This document shows, one piece after another, positions 54,971 to 64,000 of a stretch of DNA of 64,000 bases. Location of the stretch: the NCBI GenBank assembly GCA_012295275.1, contig CM022671.1, positions 33,418,001 through 33,482,000 of the forward strand, in the 5' to 3' direction. This DNA is from Chrysomallon squamiferum (lineage: Eukaryota; Animalia; Mollusca). How positions within the stretch are numbered: position 1 is the first letter of the stretch; each line of letters begins with the position of its first letter. The position numbers and the translations under genes are program-made. Below the pieces are notes generated by a model, which saw nothing but the letters and a program-made list of their open reading frames with translations, searched no databases and had not been told where the DNA came from.

Positions 54971-56281
54971 TATATGGCTTTTAGTTTATTCATAGGTTTC
55001 AAAAGTTAGGAATAACTATTTTTGAATTTAGTACGTAAATGTATATGCTTGAAAACGAAAAAAAAAAAAAAAAAAAAAAATGGCAAGCTGTTAAGAGATT
55101 CAAAAATAAATAACTACCTAACTAACTAACAAACAAAATAAATAAATATCAAACAAATAATTAACAATAGAATAATAGTAATAAAATAGACTAGTATAAT
55201 AATAGTAGTAGTAGTAGAAGTAGTAGTAGGAGCAGTAAATAAAAAAATAAAAATGAATAAATAAAACACTATACATATATTCGAGGGAAACCCAGAAAAA
55301 AAAATGGCCGCATTCCTATAATAGTGAAATTATCCAGATGGCCTTATTATATATGTTTCAGTCCTTACAGTGGTTTGTAATTCCCAGCAAGCTTCTACGT
55401 TCTATACAATTAAAGATACAGAATCTGCAAAGTAATGCTATTTCCTCTCGTATCTGCAACTAGTCATGTCCAATTTTTCGTCTTTTACAAATTACGTTAA
55501 GTCGAAATGTTCACACGTGTGCCGTGTCCTCTTTAATTTGTAATAAATTCTCACACTCTTTCGCTTTTAAATTGGAGGAAAATAGAGAAGAAAAAGAATG
55601 GATGAATGAATTACTGAATCTTTCAAGTTGAATGACATAGAAGAAAAGAAAAAGAAAGAATTCTTTAACCTTTCAAATTGGAGGAAAATGGAGAAGTAGA
55701 AGAAGAAGAAATAATTCCTGAGTCTTCTGAATTGGAAAAGAATAGAAACTTCCTCAACAGTCAGGGCTTTAATACAGAATAATGAATTCGTAATTTCTTG
55801 TAGACAGCATGGCTCGCTAGGCTACGCTTCACATTCGCGATTCACATAATATAATAATAAGACGGAGCATCACGAATCTTACACTTTCAAACGTCATCTA
55901 GCGAATTTATATCTAAATACGCGATGGTTCAAATTGGCAGGGTACGCTCAATGATTTAAATTTTATGTTCAAACCTCATTTTTTTTATATATATGTATTC
56001 CTTTGAGTATTTGTTGTCAGCTTAGGCACGTATATTAGCTACTGAACGATTGGAAACTTATTGAATAAAATCTCAGTACATATTAATAATTCACGATTAA
56101 TAAAATTCGTGTAGGATGTGGAAAAACAAACCACTTGCCGCTGCATTTTGACTACTCATCGATTGTGAACGTAAGTAATTTTGTAGTATGTTTCATCAGA
56201 ACTATTGCAGTTTACATAAGTGTATTTATTATTCGTGGGAATAATCGCCGACTTCACCAAAATGTTACAGGTCAACAGAAG

Positions 56282-56313
<32 letters not shown>

Positions 56314-57219
56314 TATTATTGTTTTGATATATATATATATATGCACCTTATTGTAGAAAGAAAAACATAAACCCTGTGCGGAACAGGAAATTGCCTAATG
56401 GCTGAGATAAAAAGAGGAGAAGAGAGAGGAAGACAAAGTGTCGTGGGTGGAAGTTATTTAAGAAAATGATCTGATGTGTTTTTCGCTACTGACAAAGTCA
56501 TCAATGACGGCGAAGACGAGAGCATTTGAATATTTACAATCCCGTTAAAGGTAATAAAAATGGACACATTAGAAAATGAAACCATTAAAAAACATGGAAT
56601 TTTCCAGTCGCTGAATTTTTATGTGTCTTTCGAGAATTCTAGCAACAGATTCAAGAGTTTTTTTTTTTTTTTCTTTCTTTGCTGCTTGATCAAAGAAACG
56701 ATAAAACAGGAGGAGAATATTGTAATCTTACCCGACTGGGCATTCGCGATTAACCGAGATCACTGTCGGATGAAACTCGATCGCGGGTTCACGCGGGAGA
56801 CATTTTTTACCCGAGCTGGCTGCTACCGAAGGATAATCGTTTTTTTCCGATAATTTTCGCCGTGTGTTAATGGCAGAACAATCCAACAGAATTTTAAACC
56901 GAAAAATACCAAAGGGGATTTTTACAGAACAGATGTCGCGTGAAAAATGGCTGTTGGCAAAACGATTAGTGATACCATAATTTGATCTCGACTACATAGT
57001 CGCGTCATCAGCCCTTGGGATAACAGCTGTCACGACTTCTACCGATAAGGCGGTCATTATATTCGAAATGGCCAGTTTGAGGCTGTCAAGTAATGGACAC
57101 GACTTAATAAAGCGAAAATTCAACTCTGACATATGGCGACTTGTTAGAAAGTATTGCGTTATAGCTTTCAAAATATTTGGTAAAATGGAGACCATTTCAG
57201 AACTCCATTATTATTATTA

Positions 57220-57267
<48 letters not shown>

Positions 57268-57345
57268 GTTACGTATTTCTCTTTTTCTGAAAAGTGCTTA
57301 CATTCCATTCATTCAGATTATACATTTACGATATTAACATTATTA

Positions 57346-57392
<47 letters not shown>

Positions 57393-58106
57393 TTTTTTTT
57401 TTTTTTTTTAAGATTTATTTATTTATTTATTTATTTATTATTATTATTTTTAAATCAAAAATATAATTACATTTTTCAAATAATGACATCATGTCTTTCA
57501 ATTTTCCCTTTTTGGCATAAATACGTATTTGTCTGATGGGAATGTGGGGGGAGAATTTGGTCTTAGAAAAGAGAAAAAACAAACAACATCTGTATTCAAA
57601 CTCAATTTCTTTCTGTTTAGCTAGTTTGACCCGACGCGTTAATTAGCGACCAATCGCAAGAATTGGCGAACGTGAAATTCTCCTGACCACAGTAAAATAT
57701 CCAAGGTTACCTTTCTTTTCTGTTTTTTTTTTTTTTTTTTTCTTGAATGAGTTGTCTTGGGGATTCGAGTAACTGAAATAGCAATTTAACGCGATGCCAT
57801 CGAAAAATATTTATATTCTCGTGAAAATTCTTTATTGAATTGCTCATTCAAGAGTGGCTTAAATACAAATTAATTTATTGAAGAAGAAGACGAAGAAGAA
57901 GAAGACATTTTTTTATTAAAAAAAATAAAAATAGGAAAGGCAGTGTGAAAAAGAGCGAGCTAATTAATATGAAAGTTTACTGTGAAGAACGTTCACTAGT
58001 TATTGGCCCTGCCTTCATCCAGGTTAAGATTTATAAACAGGTGCTCTGTTTTATTCTGTTAATTTACTGTTACTACCACCACTACTACTACTACTATAAT
58101 TATTTT

Positions 58107-58176
<70 letters not shown>

Positions 58177-59974
58177 TTGAACAGACTCAGTTAAGAAAAT
58201 AAATATCAAGTGTTATCACATATTATTATAAGCAAACGTTGGTTTCCAGTAAGTTAGATAATACAAAGTATGCTTCTTTTAAGCAGTTTGATAATTATAC
58301 TTTTCTCTCGGCCTTGATGGATTCCGCTGAATTCGTGTTCACCTACCAAGAAGCTGAAAAGAACAGTGAGAAGCATTTGCAGTGGCTACTTTAACGATTA
58401 TGGATCGATGTGAGTAAGTGTGCTGGTCAGTCAGTAATTACTTTAAAGCAGAATCTGTCTTTAAAATTAGATTACAGAATCAAATGGGGATATAAATAGA
58501 AAATAAATGTGTTTGTACCAAAAATATGTGGATGTGATGCATGATGTACAGTGTACCCTGGATTTAACGGACAGCTACGGTGAACGTGTGTCGGTTAATA
58601 CCGAAACATTTGATAAATTGCAAATGTTTGAAAATTATATTTTATTACTATGCAATTTTAATAAGTTTAATTCCATATTGTAGAAATTATTGATATATTA
58701 TTTAGTAATATGATATTAAATTAAAACATTTTCAGTTCATAAAAATAAATTAAAACTTGACATTTTTAGATGTATGAAAAGAAAGCGAAGTGACGTTTTA
58801 GAAGGACTTATAGAAATTTATATTAGGAGAAAGTTAATAATTACGATCTCTAAATGTCATATAACAATATAGCAGAAGTATTATGATAATATAATAGCTG
58901 CTACTGTGATAAAATAATAAAAATATAGTAATCTGTATGTATGTGTCAATTTTATGGTTTTTCTTTTATTCATTTTATATAATAAAAATCAGATATATAC
59001 TTGTATAAAATATGTTATTGGTAGGTAACTGTTTAAGAAATACATTCTAGAAGCAATAACAATTTAAGTAAAGGCAAAATTACAATAGTATGCTGAAAAT
59101 ATTTATCACATCAGTATATTTAGTGATGTAATGCTAAATGAAAAAGGAAGGTCACTACAGGAAACCATAAAAACTGATATCATGTTTTAATTATTAGTGA
59201 ACCAGCTGAACAGGTAATGTATTTTAATAGTAAGGAGTTTATATCAACAGAGAACTTATTTCAATAGTTACCAAAATTGTATCAACAGAACATATTTACA
59301 AAAAATAAGGGAATTATACCAAAAGAGCCATAATAATGAAATTATATCAACAGAATATATTTCAGCTGTGAGGAAATTCTATCAAAAGACTTAATTAATT
59401 AGGGAATCATTTGAACAATATTGAGGGAATTATGTTAACAGTTGAACAATGGGCTATTTCTGTAGTAGAGAAATTATTTACAGTAGCAGTAATCCTTTCA
59501 GTAGTTAATAAAATATTTGGATGGTTGGAAAAAATTTGTGACAGTGGAGGAAACAGCATGGATTCATTTATCACGGAAGTTATTTCCATTCTCCAAAATG
59601 TGATAGTATTAGTACATGATAAAACAACAAAAACATTATAATATAAAATCATTATGATAATACAGCAGCTGCACTATGATAATATATAATAGAAATAGAA
59701 AATACAGTAGTATTACCATAATGCAACAGCTGCACTACGATAAACCAAATCAAATATTATGATAGTACAACAGCCTCTTGTTATGAAACATCGTATATAT
59801 TATAATAATAATGCTATAATAATACAGTATGTACATAATGCTTAAGTTTTCTTGAACATCTATAAAAAGAAAGTAATAATTAAAATTTTAAAATTAAGAC
59901 ATTTAACATTTTCTTATAGATACATACATACTACATAAAATAAGAAACAAGTAAGAAAGGAAAATTCCACACTA

Positions 59975-60110
59975 AAATTAAGAAAGACATAACTCCTCTT
60001 TCAAAGCATTTATACAATTCATTGTTCATATTAAAACATGTGCAACTGTGAAACCTGTTGATCCAAATAATTTGCAAAAACATGGACAAAGATAAAAATA
60101 TAGTGCTGTG

Positions 60111-60167
<57 letters not shown>

Positions 60168-60672
60168 TATGTATGTATGTATGTATGTATGTATTTAGGC
60201 ATAGAAAAAGCAAACACAACCTTGATGGTTATCATTGTAGTTTTACAGACATAAGACCAAAACAGGCATCCTAACATCAGTCTTTACAAAAAAATATGCA
60301 CAGATAAAATATTTTACATATTCTTTACAAAATAAGAACAAAGAAGAAAATTCTACTCTAAAATCCCACCAGTCTATTTTAGTTGCTAAAAGTGAGATAC
60401 TATTAAAAGCACAAAGAATTAAAATAAAATAAAATATATATATAAAAGAAATCATATACAAAAAAACCATTATATGAGTGCACACAAATACATTAAGAAA
60501 TACTGTTTAAAATTAATTCCAAATTAAGAAAGACATTTACAGAATTCATTGTTGATATAAAAATGTGCAACTGTGAAACTTGTAGATCCATACAATTTGT
60601 AAAAACATTGACAAAGATAAAATATAGTGCAGTGAATTTATTTAGTCTTTTTCCAAAAAATATTTTACATTT

Positions 60673-60760
<88 letters not shown>

Positions 60761-60872
60761 TTATTTATTTATTTATTTATATATGTATAGCAAAAACAAA
60801 AACAACCTTGATGGTCATTATTGTAGTTTTACAGATGCAAGACCAAAATGGCATCCTTACATCAGTCCTTAC
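59975..60872. repeat. Diverged direct duplication (~59975-60290 and ~60520-60872), each copy with an internal (CA)n
   Basis: Shared blocks aaattaagaaagacat, attcattgtt, atgtgcaactgtgaaac, gacaaagataaaa, caaccttgatggt, ttgtagttttacaga, ggcatcct and acatcagtc occur in the same order. Confidence 0.88.
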
Positions 60873-62562
60873 ATATACAGGTACAGATTCTCATAAGTAT
60901 GAATATATTTATAAAATTAAAATAGTACAATTTTACAGCAAAATTTTTTTTCACTAAAGTAACAATTAAATTATTTAGAATAACAATAAGACATTGTAGA
61001 ACTAGATATAAAATTATAAAACAACTCCATACTACTGAAAATTATGGAAATCACATGATATTTAAATCAGAAATGGTCAAAATATTCCCTTTATAATGAT
61101 ATATGAAAATAAAAGATCAAGTAATTAAAGCACATTTTAAGAAAAGCAGACATTCGTAATTAATACACAAATTACCGTAATATATACATCTATAAAATAT
61201 ATGTTATTAATTTATATAATGTAACAAGAACAAGATAAATGTCAGATTACGACCAATCTTCAATACCTTGCCATTAGTTCACTGATATAAGCGATTAATT
61301 AAAATGTACCTATGTGCCAGTCTAATTGCTATTTGTCTAATTACAAAAGATTATAAGTTACTGGTAATGAATGTTTATTAATAATAAAGTAGTGACAAAG
61401 AAATAAAATAAAAAATACAATTTCTGAGAATATATGAAGTTCAGTAATTTTATAACATCATTTAATATTCAGAAATGAAAAATACACATAATAAAGTATT
61501 GACAAAGAAATAAATAAAAAAGAAAATGTAAAAGTTTGAGTATTCTAGTAAGCTATTTATTGTCATACTTTATTGGTAGTAAAGTAACAAATTAAATGAA
61601 CTCGCGGAAGTATTGTGTGTTTAGTATGTTATTTTGTACTGCATCTGGTACACATTCACATTCAAATGTATATAGAATTTTATGAATTTTTTATGAATAT
61701 TCGTTTATTTATTTATTCTTATTTTATTCTTATTTTGTTATTATGTTTGAATGTGTATCCAGATTAATCTGAACATTAAAGTGTACTAGATGCCATAAAA
61801 AAGAAAATGCTAAATATTTATAAATACTTAAATTTCACGAGCTGTCTCACTGGTAAATCTAGACAAAACTAAACCTACAAACTACAGTGAATGCATCTGA
61901 AAAATAATAAAGTACTGTACATTTTCTCAGTTACAAAAATATTCAGCAGAATGTCTAAATTTTGTGGTAAGACACATCAAAGAATTTATTTTGTAGTTCC
62001 ATAGTTTAGAAAGTTTCCTATTTTTCAATAATTAATTCAATATATTTATAATGAAAATATTGTTTGCAAACTAAGATAGGCTGCCTGAACAAGCATCATT
62101 TGTAGCCTGACAACATTTTATTTTTAATGTTTTAAATTGTTTTAAATTGATTATTTCTGTTTGGCATATTTATTGTGAGTGTGTGCAAATGGCCAGCTGC
62201 ATAGGTGTATGTTTTGTATATATACCATCTCTTTAAAAAAATTGTCTCTGTGACTGTGCAAGTGTACGAAACTTATGTAGATACTGTATTTCTTCTGATC
62301 ACTGGTCTTATTCATTGTTAAACGTTTCATTTATTATGCAATGCTATTTATCATTCATTAACCACGTGTAGTAGATTGAAAAGAACTATACTATATTATT
62401 TTGTGAGTTAAGCTCTAAATGAGTTTTAGTTTTTTTTTAAGTTTCCACTTAAAACTTTCATTACTGAGTATATTTGGTCACATGAATATTTCCCCAGTGA
62501 CAGCTCTACTGATGACTTGGTTTCTAACAGCCAGACAAAAAACATAATCAGTCAGTGAAATT

Positions 62563-63999
62563 TTACACAGAACTGTGCTTTCTGTACATCATAACTGGAC
62601 CTGTGGGGACGTACATGTAAGACTTTCCAGTCAGGTATTCCTGCTCTCCTTGGGCTTTATGTCTTGTGTTACCACTGATATCATAAATAAAAATGTCTTT
62701 GACATCAAAATTTTCCCCTTCATGAACAATCTGCATTCCATTCATATTAGTATCCAGCCTTTCTCTGTTATCTTCATTAAGGCTATCCTTGACATCAACA
62801 TTGTACCCTCCATTCATATCAGCGTTCAGCCTTTCTCTGCTGTCACCCTTCAGCCTATCCTTGTCATCAACATTGTACCTTCCATTCAAATTACCATTCA
62901 GCCTTTCTCTGTTGTCATCATTAAACTTATCCTTGACATTGACCTTCTGTCTTCCATTCACATTAGCATTCAGCCTTTCTATGTTTTGATTATAAACCGT
63001 ATGTTTGACACGCGCCTTCCGCCTTCCATTTACAATACCATTCACAATAGCATTCAATCCTTCTCTGTCAACATCAAGCCTATGATTCACATGAACTTTC
63101 TGCCTTCCATTGACATTAGAATTCAGTCGTTCTCTCTTTTCTTCATTAAGCCTATGCTTGATGTGACCATTCTGCCTTCGACAGACATTAGCATTATGCC
63201 TTTTTCTTTTGTCATCATAACGGCTATCCTTGATATCACTATTCTGCCTTCCATTCATATTAACATTCAGCCTTTCTCTGTTGCCATCATTAAGGCTATC
63301 CTTGACATCAGTATTCTGCCTTCCATTCATATTAGTATTCAGCCTTTCTCTGTTGCCATCATTAAGCCTATCCTTGACACCAGTATTCTGCATTCCCTTC
63401 ATATTAGCATTCAACCTTTCTCTGTTGTCATCATTAAGCCTATCCTTGATATCAGTATTCTGCCTTCCATTCATATTAGCATTCAGCCTTTCTCTGTTGC
63501 CATCATTAAGCCTATTCTTGACATCAGTATTCTGCCTTCCATTCATATTAGCAGTGAGCCTTTCTCTGTTGTCACCATTAAGCCTATCCTTGACATCAGT
63601 ATTCTGCCTTCCATTCATATTAGCATTCAGCCTTTCTCTGTTCTCTTCATTAAGCCTATCCTTGACATCAGTATTCTGCCTTCCATTCATATTAGCATTC
63701 AGCCTTTCTCTGTTCTCTTCATTAATCCTTTCCTTGACATCAGTATTCTGCCTTCCATTCATATTAGTATTCAGCCTTTCTCTGTTGCCATCATTAAGCC
63801 TATCGTTGAATTGACCATACTGCCTTCCATTCACATCAGCATTCAGCCTTTCTTTTTTCTCATCATTACGCCTATCCTTAACATCAGCATTCTGCCTTCC
63901 ACTGAAATTAGCATTCAGCCTTTCTCTATAGTCATCATTAAGCCTCTCCTTGATATCACTATTCTGCCTTCCATTGACATTAGCATTCAGCCTTTCTGT
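62563..63999 (-). CDS. 3' end of an unidentified protein with ~19 tandem 22-aa N/R/D/E-rich repeats; 5'-truncated by the window
   Basis: The frame is open from 63999 to the stop at 62563. The 66-nt unit (ERLNANMNGRQNTDVKDRLNDDNR-like) diverges without stops or frameshifts and ends in a unique tail ...YMYVPTGPVMMYRKHSSV*. Confidence 0.7.
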   Translation of the reverse strand, partial: TERLNANVNGRQNSDIKERLNDDYRERLNANFSGRQNADVKDRRNDEKKERLNADVNGRQYGQFNDRLNDGNRERLNTNMNGRQNTDVKERINEENRERLNANMNGRQNTDVKDRLNEENRERLNANMNGRQNTDVKDRLNGDNRERLTANMNGRQNTDVKNRLNDGNRERLNANMNGRQNTDIKDRLNDDNRERLNANMKGMQNTGVKDRLNDGNRERLNTNMNGRQNTDVKDSLNDGNRERLNVNMNGRQNSDIKDSRYDDKRKRHNANVCRRQNGHIKHRLNEEKRERLNSNVNGRQKVHVNHRLDVDREGLNAIVNGIVNGRRKARVKHTVYNQNIERLNANVNGRQKVNVKDKFNDDNRERLNGNLNGRYNVDDKDRLKGDSRERLNADMNGGYNVDVKDSLNEDNRERLDTNMNGMQIVHEGENFDVKDIFIYDISGNTRHKAQGEQEYLTGKSYMYVPTGPVMMYRKHSSV

Positions 64000-64000
64000 A

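Noticed and set aside
59240-59652. ORFs 59407..59652 and 59411..59641 with loose tatcaacaga repeats
   Set aside because: Degenerate minisatellite-like DNA with no splice or domain support.
63230-63814. 194-aa hydrophobic + strand ORF (SLSLTSVFCLPFILAF repeats)
   Set aside because: Antisense shadow of the 66-nt repeat; the - strand frame is open for much longer and has a unique tail.
62750-64000. Regular repeat array considered as CRISPR-like
   Set aside because: The units are contiguous with no unique spacers, there are no cas genes, and the context is eukaryotic.

Overview
AT-rich, microsatellite-dense animal genomic DNA, probably a mollusc or other lophotrochozoan (inferred from repeat style and gene content). 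From left to right: (1) two tandem, + strand SAMD9/SAMD9L-family STAND-NTPase genes. Copy 1 is cut by the window edge and carries four clustered frameshifts. Copy 2 is complete. (2) A convergent, intronless alanine aminotransferase. (3) A CpG-retaining gene desert of about 35 kb holding one single-exon SREB-like (GPR85/173/27) GPCR. (4) The 3' end of a - strand gene with a 22-aa tandem repeat. The main result comes from reading upstream of the 1579-aa ORF. Two small in-frame exons missing from the ORF track (6513-6576, 6841-6963) splice onto it, giving about 1671 aa. The second is a symmetric phase 1-1 exon encoding a RHIM-like amyloid motif (FKNVDKLQVGGNNSII). The predicted architecture is RHIM - LOTUS-like wHTH - degenerate AlbA_2 - SIR2-like - STAND NTPase - TPR - OB - Zn ribbon, with a consensus IRF element at the predicted promoter. 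This suggests a SAMD9-type sensor that signals through amyloid rather than by RNA cleavage. All domain calls were made by eye from motifs; no searches were run.
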